In this document: in pieces, positions 19,773-29,255 of the stretch
Numbering within the stretch: the stretch's first letter is position 1
How the letters are laid out: the number at the start of each line of letters is the position of its first letter
Source: an uncultured Chloroflexia bacterium
GTDB taxonomy: Bacteria > Chloroflexota > UBA6077 > JACCZL01
Assembly (NCBI GenBank): GCA_963765765.1
Contig: CAVXYC010000015.1
Coordinates: forward strand, 416,001-480,000
Length of the DNA: 64,000 bases
Direction of reading: 5' to 3'
Translations under genes and position numbers: made by a program
The notes under the pieces: generated by a model
What the model was told of the DNA's origin: nothing
Seen by the model: the letters and a program-made list of their open reading frames with translations, nothing else
The model's database searches: none

Positions 19773-21248
19773 CTAGACCAACCGTCGCCGTTTCTTCCAG
19801 AAGCTCCACAGCAGCGCGATGGGACCCGCAATCCCGCCCGCCGCGACGATCGCCAGCAGCGGGTCTACCGGATAGCGGTACCGATACACCGGTCCGTCCA
19901 GCGCCGCACTGGCGAGGATCATGGCTGCGGCGACGATTAGCGGCAGCAGTGCGAGGCGCCAGCGGGGCACGATTAGGGCAAGCAGGGCTCCGAGTCCGAG
20001 CGCGTAGGTGATCCAACGTCGGTAACGGAAAGGCTGCGCAAAACTCGCCGCCGCGTCGACTTGACGGTAGGCGAGACCTTCGGCCGGGAGCTCACCGTCC
20101 ACCAATGGCGCGATCCGCGGGTCCCACTTATTGTCCCAGTTGCGCGTGGTGCGTTGGCGCCAATGACCCAGGAGCCGCTCGATCTTGCCTTCATAGAGGT
20201 CCCAGGCAAAGCTCCACGTCGATTGGACGTAGTGGGTGCGCTGCTCCCAGATTGATTGCAGGGCCAGGGAGCGGAGAAGTGAGCTCGTCTGTGATTGGCT
20301 CAAACCGACCTCGTCTCGAATCCGAGCAGTCACACGACCGCCGGACGGCTCACCTGTGGCCGCTTCATCGGCGATGATTTGTCGGGCGGCGTTGCGCGTA
20401 GGGTCAGGGTCTGGATTGGCAGGATCGTAGTAGACGAAGCCCTCATCGTGCCGGACGGTGCGGCCGATCAATGCCTGACCCAGCGCCCCATCGGCGGCGA
20501 AGCTTTGATGCGTGATCAAGTTTCGCAGCATCCATGGGGCCATGATGAGCGCGATTCCCAATAGCACGACGCCCGAGCGGACGATCCCTTCCCGAAGATT
20601 TCGACCGCTGCTGGCCAGTACGAATACCAGGGCGATGGGGATAGCCAGCTGGCCGATTGGACGACAGAGAGCGGCCAGGGCTAGAAGAATGCCACCGACG
20701 AAGAGCCAGCCGCGAATGCCCCGCGCGAGCCCGAGGACCACCGCGCCCAATGAGGCCGTCAACAGAAATGTGAATATTGCCTCGCTGAGCAGGTAGTGCT
20801 CGTAGATCAGAAGCGGCCCCGAGATTGCTGCGGCTAACCCTGCGAGTAGACCGGCCAGAGAGCCAAAGATCGTTCGGGCGAACGCAAATGCCGTTAGCGC
20901 CGTGAGCACGCCGACGACGTGCTGAGCCGTTGCCAGGCGCTCGATGTTGTCACCAACACTGCTGAGTACGCCTGAGATGAACACGGAATACACAGGCGTT
21001 CTGCGCAGCTCTGGATTGAACCCCTGGCCGTGCGCTAGCTCCCAGCCGGGCAGGAGATAGCTCTCACTGTCCGGTGTCACGAACATCGGTGCTCCCGTGG
21101 ATATGAACGGCCAGCGAATGGCGACGGCCGCTATAACGACCGTCAGGGCAAAGACTATGTCAAGCGCGACAGTCCTTGAGCGGGCAATCGAATGGGTTGA
21201 TGCCCGGCTCACTCGCAGGTTGTCTGCCGCCGCGACGGTGGTCGTCAT
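19773..21248 (-). CDS. GT-C-like glycosyltransferase, paralogue family B
   Basis: Motifs PDSESY, ELRRTPVY, AQHVVG, YEHYLLSE, RPIGQ, PWMLRN, RTVRHDEGF, ALDGPVYRYRYPVDPL. The ORF-track extension to 21356 is repeat-derived. Confidence 0.78.
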   Translation of the reverse strand: MTTTVAAADNLRVSRASTHSIARSRTVALDIVFALTVVIAAVAIRWPFISTGAPMFVTPDSESYLLPGWELAHGQGFNPELRRTPVYSVFISGVLSSVGDNIERLATAQHVVGVLTALTAFAFARTIFGSLAGLLAGLAAAISGPLLIYEHYLLSEAIFTFLLTASLGAVVLGLARGIRGWLFVGGILLALAALCRPIGQLAIPIALVFVLASSGRNLREGIVRSGVVLLGIALIMAPWMLRNLITHQSFAADGALGQALIGRTVRHDEGFVYYDPANPDPDPTRNAARQIIADEAATGEPSGGRVTARIRDEVGLSQSQTSSLLRSLALQSIWEQRTHYVQSTWSFAWDLYEGKIERLLGHWRQRTTRNWDNKWDPRIAPLVDGELPAEGLAYRQVDAAASFAQPFRYRRWITYALGLGALLALIVPRWRLALLPLIVAAAMILASAALDGPVYRYRYPVDPLLAIVAAGGIAGPIALLWSFWKKRRRLV

Positions 21249-21265
21249 AACGACGAGGTGGCTCC

Positions 21266-21376
21266 AGGATGGGCTCCCTCGCCCTGTGGGAGAAGGTTGG
21301 AGTGAGGGGCTCGCGATAGGAGATACCGCACTACCCTCACCCCACCCCTCTCCCACGGGGCGAGGGAGTCCATCCT
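21266..21376. repeat. REPIN/MITE-like element, family 1
   Basis: 43-bp inverted arms (21266-21308 and 21334-21376); spacer homologous to the copies at 41261 and 45002. Confidence 0.85.
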
Positions 21377-21411
21377 AGGGCGCTCGGGAAGGGTAGTGAC
21401 GGCTCGGCTGA

Positions 21412-22872
21412 TCATCGCGGCGCTTCCGCGGGGCTCGGTTGGGGCTGAAGTGATGGACGCGAGCGTGCGGGAGGGCTCAGCAATCTTCGCACAGCGCAGA
21501 GAACCGTCGCGATGCCGGTGACGCCAAGGACAATCATCAGGGGGTCCAGGGGATAGCGATAACGTGCCACGTTCCCTACCAGCGCGGCGCTCAAGGCGAG
21601 CAACGCCAGAACGGACCCACCCAGGAGGAATGCCGCGCCGCGTTGACCATTCCAGGCCATGACGGCCATGCCAAGAATAGCGACCAGCGGAACAGCCGCG
21701 CCGAGTCGACCGAGCTGAATGCTCGTGAGCCACTCGGCCGTGTTGGCCTCGCGATCGTAGGTCGTGTTTTCTTGTACGAGAAGCGGGCGGGTTGGCTCGT
21801 CCTCCCAGCGTTGGCGCGCGACGTCGTTCGTGTTGCGCTCATCGCGCAGGCGCTCGGGAATGGGCTGGGCAAGGCGAACGAATCGCTGGATCGTTCCCTG
21901 GACGTAGTAGCTGAATTGATCACGAATCGCTTCGAGCGCCAGGTCGCGCATAAGAGCGTCCGCGTCTGATGCTGAGAGGCCGGTCTCTTTACGAATGCGT
22001 GTGTGCACCGCCCGGCCAGACGAGCCTCGATCTACAGCATCTTGAAGGATTTTGCGGACGTGCTGGCGTTGCTCGGTCTCGATACTGTGGTGCGCAGGAT
22101 CCCAGTACGTGAAGCCACCGCGGTCATGACGCGCAGTGCGGCCAATCAAAGTCTGCCCCAGGCCACCCACGGCCGCGTCGTCCGTGCGTCCGGGGCGCAC
22201 TGTCCAGGCGCCGAAGACCAACACTACGATAGCGATGCTGATTGCCCCAGCAATGATGGCCCGCCGTTGGAGTCCGAGTTGGACGACCGGGGCGAGGGCC
22301 ACGATCGGCACCAGTGCCAGGGCGACTGGGCGAACGAGGATGGCGATACTAAGTACAAGCCCCGCCAGTGCGCCGGCAAGATAGCTGCCAGTGAGCGCTG
22401 CCCAGACGCCGAACGCTATTGCCGCCGTCAACACCGGAATGAACAGCGCCTCGGTCATCAGCGCGTGCTCGGTCATCAGTTGGGTGCCAAGGACGCCAAC
22501 CAGGAGACCAGAGACCAGCCCTACCATCGTGCCACCGAGACCACGGCCAAGCCAGAAGGCGGCTGCTACTGTCACCAGACCGAGCAGGTGCTGCAGGACG
22601 GCCAGACTCTGGAGATCGTCGCCCTGGATGATGAGTGATAGTGCGACGAACGCCGGATAGGCTGGTGTTCTCTTGATCGAAAGCTCGAGATCCTGGCCAT
22701 GGGCCAGGGCGTAAGCGGGCATCAAATAGCCCTCGGAATCCCCGGTGACGAATAACGGAGCTCGGAACACAAACGCGATGCGAATGATCACCGCCACGAT
22801 CATCACCAGCGTGAACACCAGGGTTGGCGGGGGACCCCGCATGCGATCCGTCAAGGTTCGATATTCACTCAT
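21412..22872 (-). CDS. GT-C-like glycosyltransferase, paralogue family B
   Basis: Motifs GDSEGY, KRTPAYP, LQHLLG, TEHALMTE, RPV, RTARHDRGGF, ARYRYPLDPL. Confidence 0.78.
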   Translation of the reverse strand: MSEYRTLTDRMRGPPPTLVFTLVMIVAVIIRIAFVFRAPLFVTGDSEGYLMPAYALAHGQDLELSIKRTPAYPAFVALSLIIQGDDLQSLAVLQHLLGLVTVAAAFWLGRGLGGTMVGLVSGLLVGVLGTQLMTEHALMTEALFIPVLTAAIAFGVWAALTGSYLAGALAGLVLSIAILVRPVALALVPIVALAPVVQLGLQRRAIIAGAISIAIVVLVFGAWTVRPGRTDDAAVGGLGQTLIGRTARHDRGGFTYWDPAHHSIETEQRQHVRKILQDAVDRGSSGRAVHTRIRKETGLSASDADALMRDLALEAIRDQFSYYVQGTIQRFVRLAQPIPERLRDERNTNDVARQRWEDEPTRPLLVQENTTYDREANTAEWLTSIQLGRLGAAVPLVAILGMAVMAWNGQRGAAFLLGGSVLALLALSAALVGNVARYRYPLDPLMIVLGVTGIATVLCAVRRLLSPPARSRPSLQPQPSPAEAPR

Positions 22873-24398
22873 CGAGTCGGCGCAACATCCGGTTGGCGTG
22901 TGGGTGTGGGGCGGATGCCACTGGCGCTCCGCACGAAAGCCATGGCAAAAGCTGCACTGGTGGCGATCCCTCCAGCGACCATGACATTGATGAGCGGATC
23001 CACCGTATAGCGATAGCGCTCTTGCGGGCCATCCAGCGCTGCGCTAAGGACGATATGGACCACGGCCGCGGACGCGACGACCAGGCCCGCTCGCCAGGAG
23101 CTCATCAGGGCCGAGCCGACGATGCCAATGATGAACAGTCCCGTCAGCCAGAAGATGTATCGAGCCGGCTGGAATAGATTGAGTAGTCGCTGGGCGTCCC
23201 GCTGCGCCATTTCCTGGCTGGGAGAAGGTTTCCCTGGCAACAAGTGCGCGGTCCGCGCTTCCCAGGTGACGTCCTTGACCTCATCCGCATGGTTGCCCAC
23301 CCGCTCGTCTTGACCCTGGAAGATATCCCAGGCGAATGTGAGCGACCCGATGAGAAAATGATCCGGGTGCCGCACGATCGCTTCTGTCGCGACATCTCGC
23401 ATGACGGCATTGACTTCGACCGGGCCAAGGTTCAACTCCTGGCGGAGTCGCCCGGCGATGGTGCCGTCGGACTGACGCCGATTTGCGCCTTCTTGAACGA
23501 TTTTGCGGGCCGCCACCGTCTGGGCGTCACCGACATCTCCCCAGCCCGGTTCGTAGAAGACAAATCCGCGGTCGTAGTAGGCAGTTCGAGCGATGAGCGT
23601 GCGCCCAAACGTAGTTGTTCCACCGAGATCGTTGACCAATCGATTCCGAACCGCCCAGGGTGTGAGCGCGATAGTCAGCCCAAGACCGCAGATGACCGTG
23701 GCGACGATCGCTTCGCGCCAACGTGGCCATCGAGACGCGGCAATTCCAAGTAAGAACACCGGCGCCAGCACCTGACCTACAGGTCGCACCATCGAAGCTA
23801 GTCCGAGGCTTACGCCCGCGATGAACGCCTGATAGCGCCGATTCGAGCGCATGGCCAGGACGAGTAGAACCATGGCCGCGGTGATCGCGAACATGAATAG
23901 CGACTCGGTGAGCACGTAGTGCTCGTACACGATCAGCGGCGCTGAGAGGGCCACCAGGAGCCCCGCAGCGATTCCCGCAAGCCGCCCGAAGATGATGCGA
24001 GCCAGGATGTAGGCGAGAGCCGCCGTGCCCACACCGAGCAGATGCTGAACCAGAACGACGGTTGAAAGCTCGGAGCCGAACAATGATTGAACAAACGCCA
24101 GGAACAACGGGTAGCCGGGCGTTCTCCGCAGGCCCAGCACCAGCCCCCCGCCATGTACCAGGTCCCACGCCGGAAGGAAATAGCTCTGGCTATCCTTAGA
24201 GATGAACGGGGGAACGAGGCTGGTGAAGGTGATGCGTTGATACAGCGCTATGAGCATCACGCCAGCGAGTAGGAGCCAGTCGGCGTAGCGGATGAATGTC
24301 CCTGGGACCGCGGGCGTCTCGCCTGACCCGGACGGTGATCCTTGAGCCGTGATCGGGACGGGCGAGACGCCCGCGGTTCCAGGACTATCCTGCTGCAC
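22869..24398 (-). CDS. GT-C-like glycosyltransferase, paralogue family B (N-terminus contains a translated REP)
   Basis: Motifs KDSQSY, LRRTPGYP, VQHLLG, YEHYVLTE, RPVGQ, PWAVRN, ALDGPQERYRYTVDPL. Confidence 0.78.
   Translation of the reverse strand: MQQDSPGTAGVSPVPITAQGSPSGSGETPAVPGTFIRYADWLLLAGVMLIALYQRITFTSLVPPFISKDSQSYFLPAWDLVHGGGLVLGLRRTPGYPLFLAFVQSLFGSELSTVVLVQHLLGVGTAALAYILARIIFGRLAGIAAGLLVALSAPLIVYEHYVLTESLFMFAITAAMVLLVLAMRSNRRYQAFIAGVSLGLASMVRPVGQVLAPVFLLGIAASRWPRWREAIVATVICGLGLTIALTPWAVRNRLVNDLGGTTTFGRTLIARTAYYDRGFVFYEPGWGDVGDAQTVAARKIVQEGANRRQSDGTIAGRLRQELNLGPVEVNAVMRDVATEAIVRHPDHFLIGSLTFAWDIFQGQDERVGNHADEVKDVTWEARTAHLLPGKPSPSQEMAQRDAQRLLNLFQPARYIFWLTGLFIIGIVGSALMSSWRAGLVVASAAVVHIVLSAALDGPQERYRYTVDPLINVMVAGGIATSAAFAMAFVRSASGIRPTPTRQPDVAPTR
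24301..24383. repeat. REP-like inverted repeat, family 2
   Basis: CCTGGGACCGCGGGCGTCTCGCC ... GGCGAGACGCCCGCGGTTCCAGG, 23-bp arms with one mismatch. Confidence 0.85.
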
Positions 24399-25863
24399 GA
24401 CTCTCTGCCTGACTAACGCGGCGCTGTCCAGTCACACGGCTCGCCGCCGTCGCCAGCGATGGCAGCAATGTTGCGATTGAGACGGCGATAAGTGGATCCA
24501 CCGGATATCGATAGCGCGGCACCGGACCATCCAGGGCCGCGGCAAGCGAAACGAGCGTGAGCGTTACGGCGGCAGGTAGCAGAATGATTCGTCGGCTCGG
24601 GTCGCGAAGTCCCACGATGACGCCGAACAGCGCCAATATCGGCAGAAGCTCGCGCAATCTGGCCGGCTGCACAATGCTGGTAAGAGTCTCGGCCACGGGA
24701 TAGCCGAGCTGCTGTGCAGGGGTGACCGTGGTGATGAGCGGTTCCAGGCGCGTTTCCCATTGCTCGTCCCAGTCCTTGTCGGCTCGCTGTCGCCAGTGGC
24801 CCGCCAGCCTTTCGTCTCGCCCGACGAAGATCTGTCCAATCATCTGCGTCGTCCCCGAGAGGTAGTAGCTGGGCTGGTCGAGAATCGCCTCAACGGCGAT
24901 CTCGCGCATCACGCTGTCTGCCTGGCCGGGGGTCACGTGGAGCTCTTCGATGATCGAGTCAGTCACGGGACGGACTGATCGACCCTTCCTGACGTTGTTG
25001 CGCTTGCGATAGACGATCTGGCGAGCAGCAGGCTTGACCTCGGTCGGTGACTCGCCGGGGCGGACGATGTGCTCGCTATCGAAGAAGCCCTCGTCGTATT
25101 TCACCGTACGGGCTATCAAGCTTCGGCCCAGGCCCCCAGCCGACGACACCGTCCCGTGGCTTCCCATATTCCGCAATGCCCAGGGAGCGAGAATCACCAG
25201 CATCGCAACGGCGGTGACAGCACCGGCCATCAATGACCGACGGTTCAGTCCCATAAGCGCCAGCACGATTAATGGAACCAGCCCGATGAGCACCTGTGCA
25301 ACCGGTCTGCACAGGGCGTCAATGCCCAGAAGCACGCCACTCACGGCAAACCAGCGCAGGTCGTTCTTCTGAATGGCCAGTACCAGTGTGAGGATGGTCG
25401 CAGTGAGCAGCGCCCCAAAAAGCGTCTCACTCATCACATAGCGCTCATAGATAAGGATAGGTCCGGACACAGCGATGAGCCCCGCCGCGAAGACGCTTGG
25501 CAAGACTCCGAGCCAACGTCTTGCGAGAAGGTACGTAAGAAGCACGGTCACCACACCGAGTAGATGCTGGACGGCCGCGAGCGTCTCAAGCTGAGTCCCC
25601 GCCAGACTAAACGAGCCAGCAATGAACAAGGGGTAGATCGGAGCCCGGCGAAGCTCTGGAGCAAAAGCTTCCCCATGGAGCAGGTCCCAGGCCGGCAGTA
25701 AGTAACTCTGGCTATCCCCTTCGAGGAAGACTGGTGCGCGAAAGTGAAACGCCCCTCGGATCAACAACGCGACAGTAAGAATGACGACAACGGCAATCAG
25801 ATCGGCTCTGGCGATTCCGCCGAAGATTCGGGGAGCTGGACGTGTCGGAGTTGATGTGCTCAT
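24385..25863 (-). CDS. GT-C-like glycosyltransferase, paralogue family B
   Basis: Motifs GDSQSY, ELRRAPIYP, VQHLLG, YERYVMSE, PWALRN, RTVKYDEGF, ALDGPVPRYRYPVDPL; ATG at 25863. Confidence 0.78.
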   Translation of the reverse strand: MSTSTPTRPAPRIFGGIARADLIAVVVILTVALLIRGAFHFRAPVFLEGDSQSYLLPAWDLLHGEAFAPELRRAPIYPLFIAGSFSLAGTQLETLAAVQHLLGVVTVLLTYLLARRWLGVLPSVFAAGLIAVSGPILIYERYVMSETLFGALLTATILTLVLAIQKNDLRWFAVSGVLLGIDALCRPVAQVLIGLVPLIVLALMGLNRRSLMAGAVTAVAMLVILAPWALRNMGSHGTVSSAGGLGRSLIARTVKYDEGFFDSEHIVRPGESPTEVKPAARQIVYRKRNNVRKGRSVRPVTDSIIEELHVTPGQADSVMREIAVEAILDQPSYYLSGTTQMIGQIFVGRDERLAGHWRQRADKDWDEQWETRLEPLITTVTPAQQLGYPVAETLTSIVQPARLRELLPILALFGVIVGLRDPSRRIILLPAAVTLTLVSLAAALDGPVPRYRYPVDPLIAVSIATLLPSLATAASRVTGQRRVSQAESRAAG

Positions 25864-25873
25864 GTAGCCTGGG

Positions 25874-27371
25874 TCAGCTTCCCTCGGCGATCGGCCGAGC
25901 TGCTGGGGCGGGCGAGCTTCCACGGGGAAACGCGAACTGTTTCCGTCGTACCACGCCAAAGAGGACGACCATAGCGCCAACACTTCCGAGCGCCAGCAGC
26001 GTGATGAGCGGATCGACCGGGTAACGGTAGCGTGGTACGGGGCCATCAAGCGTTGCCGGCGCGGCGATGAGGAGCAATGACACGACGGCGGGTAATACGC
26101 CAGCTATTCCGATTCGGTGGGCGGCGAAGGCTGCGCCAATGGCGGCCAGTATTGGAAGCAGTACGCCCAGTCGTGAAGGCTGAACGAGGTCCACGAGTGC
26201 CTCGGAGACGGGGAACTGTGCCTCCTGGAGTGGGCTCGCCTTTCCCAGCAGATGCGCGACTCGATCCTCCCACTCATCGCGCGTCAGGCGGGCGTTCTGT
26301 GTTTTCCAGTCAGTGCGCAGCCGCTCTACGTCGCCCACCAGGAGGTCCCAGGTGAACTCGGCCGACATCTCGTACGAAGTACAGCGGCTTCTCCAGAATG
26401 ACGCTGGTGGTCAGATCGCGCAGGAGTCGATCGACTTCAGGCTCGCTCAGTCGCAATCGCTCACCAAGCCGATCGTATATCTCGCCATCAGAAAGCCGTT
26501 GGTTGATCGCGGATTGGATGATCTGGCGAGCTTGCGCTTCGCGTCGATCGGTGTACTGGTCTGCCTTCGACTGATTAAAGAACGTGAACCCGCGATCGTG
26601 CTTCGCCGTGCGCGCCAGGAGTGACTTGGGCAAGGTCGTGGACATGCTGGCCTGTCCCTGGACTACGGCATTGCGGCCCATCCAGGGCAGCACGATGAGC
26701 GCCGCGCCGGCAGCCAGCACGCCAATCGTCGCGGCCCGCCGCGGCCACGATGCCCGCCCCGTGAGGAGCATGAGTCCGGCGATGGGACCCAGTACAAGGC
26801 CGACTGGTCGAATCAGCGCTGCAACCCCGATACACAAGCCGAGTACCAGCACGAGCTTTATAGACATCCGCTCGCGCGCCAGAAGCATGAGCCACGTTGA
26901 AAGCAGGACGAATACGGTGAAGAGCGTCTCCGGCATGATGTAATGCTCGGCGACCAGGAGCGTGCCCTCGAGTGCAACGATCAACGCCGCGACGAATGCG
27001 ATGGGCGGCCCGAAGAGTTTGCGGGCGATGAGATAAGTAAGCCCCGCGACAATCAATCCCAGGAGATGCTGCACGAGCGCAATGACGTAAAGATCCTCTC
27101 CGCCAAGCTCAATCACACCGGCAAGAAAGAATGGGTAACCGGGAGTTCGTCGTGGGGAGATGTCAAAGCCGAGGCCGTTGGCCAGGTCCCAGGCGGGCAG
27201 GTGATACCCGCCGCTGTCTCGCAGGAGGAATACGGGAACGCGTGTGAGAAACGCCAGCCGCAAGAGCAGTCCGATCCCCACGATGAGCGCTAGATGGACC
27301 GACGTGCTGGTCAGGAGCGTTTGCCAGATTCGGCTATCTCGTCGGGCCGCCATCTCAGGACACAACTCCAT
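25874..27371 (-). CDS. GT-C-like glycosyltransferase, paralogue family B (frameshift near 26375)
   Basis: ORFs 26310..27371 (RDSGGY, RRTPGYP, RTAKHDRGF) and 25874..26368 (TLDGPVPRYRYPVDPL) are the two halves of one family B protein. Confidence 0.75.
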
Positions 27372-27392
27372 CCCGCAGATCGGGCGTTAGCC

Positions 27393-27495
27393 CTTTGGAG
27401 TGCGGCGGTCTTCGCCGCCTTCTCGCGAGGCTGGAAGCCGTCCTCCGCGTCGCTCCGCTCGATGGGAAAGCGGCGAGGACCGCCGCACTCCAAAG
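27393..27495. repeat. REPIN/MITE-like element, family 3 (TTGGAGTGCGGCGG...CCGCCGCACTCCAA)
   Basis: 26-bp inverted arms; the whole ~100 bp, including the spacer, is homologous to 38586..38687. Confidence 0.85.
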
Positions 27496-27503
27496 ATCCA
27501 TGG

Positions 27504-28967
27504 CTACCGCGCGCCTTCCGTAAGCGGTGCCCTCTGCGTCTCCACGGGCTCGGCGCGGCCGCGCCGCAAGAGGCCGAACGCAAGCTGTCCTAGCCAGACA
27601 TAACCGCCAACAGCAACGATCGCATAAAGCGGCTCCACGGGCCAGCGGTATCGCGGAAGGGGTGCCACGAGTGCCACGGCCGCGCCAACAGCAGCAAGCA
27701 CACAGAGAAGTGGCAATGCGCCACCCCGCATGCTGGGGCGCGCAATGACGGCTACTGCACCTAGAAGAAATCCCACGAGGAGGATCCATCCGAATCGCGC
27801 GGGCTGATAGAAGCTCACAATAGCTTCCGCCGAACGCTGTTCCAGATCTTGAACCGAGCTAGGCGGGCCCATGAGATGCCGAATTTCGGGCAGTGCTTCC
27901 CACTCCTCACGGTTGCGCGCCTCGCGGCGAGTGGCCCAGGCATCGCGCGGGCGCTCCGGAACTCCGAGCATGAGCTTTCCGAAGCTCGTCAACGTGCTCT
28001 GTACATAGTAACCGGGCTGCCGAGTCAGAGCCGCAACGGCCTCCCGCTGCATCAAACGGCTCGCCTCGGCTTCGGACACGTTCAGATCTTGCTGGACGCG
28101 ACGACGAACCGGGGTGAGAAACGTCGCACGTCCCACCCAATCTTGCATGATTTTGCGAGTCCGCTCTTGAGCGGAATCTGGCTCGAGTACCCATGAGGGA
28201 TCGTAGAACGTGAAGCCACTATCGTGACGAAGCGTTCTGCCAACGAGCGTCTGCCCGGCTGACCCGTCTGTGCTAAAGCTGCCGTGTTCCAGGTAGTTAC
28301 GCGTCATCCACGGCAAGGCCACGATTGCCAGGCCAACGATTGTCGTAACACTCATTCGGATGGTGTCACCAAGGGAGCGCGTGGCTAACGCCAACGCGAA
28401 CGGCAGCGCCGCAATCCAGGTCAACCCCACGGGTCGAGCCATGGCCGCCAGGCCGAGAATGAGCCCCGCTATAAGTGTCAGCAGCACGGAGCGGCGACGG
28501 ACCGCCACTAGCAAGACGGCGAGATGACCCAAAAGAAGCGGCGTGAAGAGCACTTCGGCCATGATCGTGTGCTCGCCTATGATCGCTGTCCCCGAGAGCG
28601 CCGTGAGCACTCCCGCGATTAAGCCGACGGTGCGATCGAACGCGTACCGACCCACCAGGTAGGTCAGCGCGCACGTGGCAACGCCCAGTAGATGCTGCAC
28701 AGTGACGATGCCCTGAAGATCCTCGCCAACGAGCAGAATTGCTCCGGTCAAGAACAGCGGGTAGAGCGGCGTCCGCCGCAGCTCTAAATCGAAGCCTGTT
28801 CCAAAGGCGAGCTGAAAGCCAGGTAAAAAGTAGTTCTCGCTGTCTCCAATCAAGAACGCTGGAGCGCGCCCGGTGAAGGCCAGACGAATGGCCAGGCTGA
28901 TCAAAACGATAAGCCCGATATTGGCGAGATCGGTGTGCTTACGAACCCAGGCTCGTACTGCACTCAT
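27504..28967 (-). CDS. GT-C-like glycosyltransferase, paralogue family B
   Basis: Motifs GDSENY, ELRRTPLYP, VQHLLG, GEHTIMAE, RPVG, PWMTRN, RTLRHDSGF, PRYRWPVEPL. Confidence 0.78.
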   Translation of the reverse strand: MSAVRAWVRKHTDLANIGLIVLISLAIRLAFTGRAPAFLIGDSENYFLPGFQLAFGTGFDLELRRTPLYPLFLTGAILLVGEDLQGIVTVQHLLGVATCALTYLVGRYAFDRTVGLIAGVLTALSGTAIIGEHTIMAEVLFTPLLLGHLAVLLVAVRRRSVLLTLIAGLILGLAAMARPVGLTWIAALPFALALATRSLGDTIRMSVTTIVGLAIVALPWMTRNYLEHGSFSTDGSAGQTLVGRTLRHDSGFTFYDPSWVLEPDSAQERTRKIMQDWVGRATFLTPVRRRVQQDLNVSEAEASRLMQREAVAALTRQPGYYVQSTLTSFGKLMLGVPERPRDAWATRREARNREEWEALPEIRHLMGPPSSVQDLEQRSAEAIVSFYQPARFGWILLVGFLLGAVAVIARPSMRGGALPLLCVLAAVGAAVALVAPLPRYRWPVEPLYAIVAVGGYVWLGQLAFGLLRRGRAEPVETQRAPLTEGAR

Positions 28968-29255
28968 TGATGATTACTTACCGTAAGGGGTGTCATGGCG
29001 ACTCACTGAGGTCCGATGGGCGGATTCTGACACTGCATCCCTGAATGGATTGACCGCGGTTCTCGACAAATCGTCGAGACGCACGCAGGCCATCCCAACG
29101 CTGTGTATCGACAAAGCCTTGTGGCGAGGCGTCCAGATTCCCGCGCTGTACAATCGGGCGTATCCGCTTATCGGTACCGATTAAGCGATTGCGTTGATTC
29201 TAAACTCGATCTCGTTCTCACGTCCCATCGATTGATAGAAGGCAGGGTGCCGTAC
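28968..29255. promoter_or_regulatory. Divergent promoter region with an imperfect palindrome
   Basis: Non-coding gap between divergent genes. CGCTTATCGGTACCGATTAAGCG at ~29165-29187 is palindromic apart from one bulge. No promoter could be assigned. Confidence 0.3.

Noticed and set aside
21249-21356. Repeat-encoded N-terminal extension of the 19773 gene
   Set aside because: An ATG at 21248 lies downstream of the repeat, so the element is probably intergenic.
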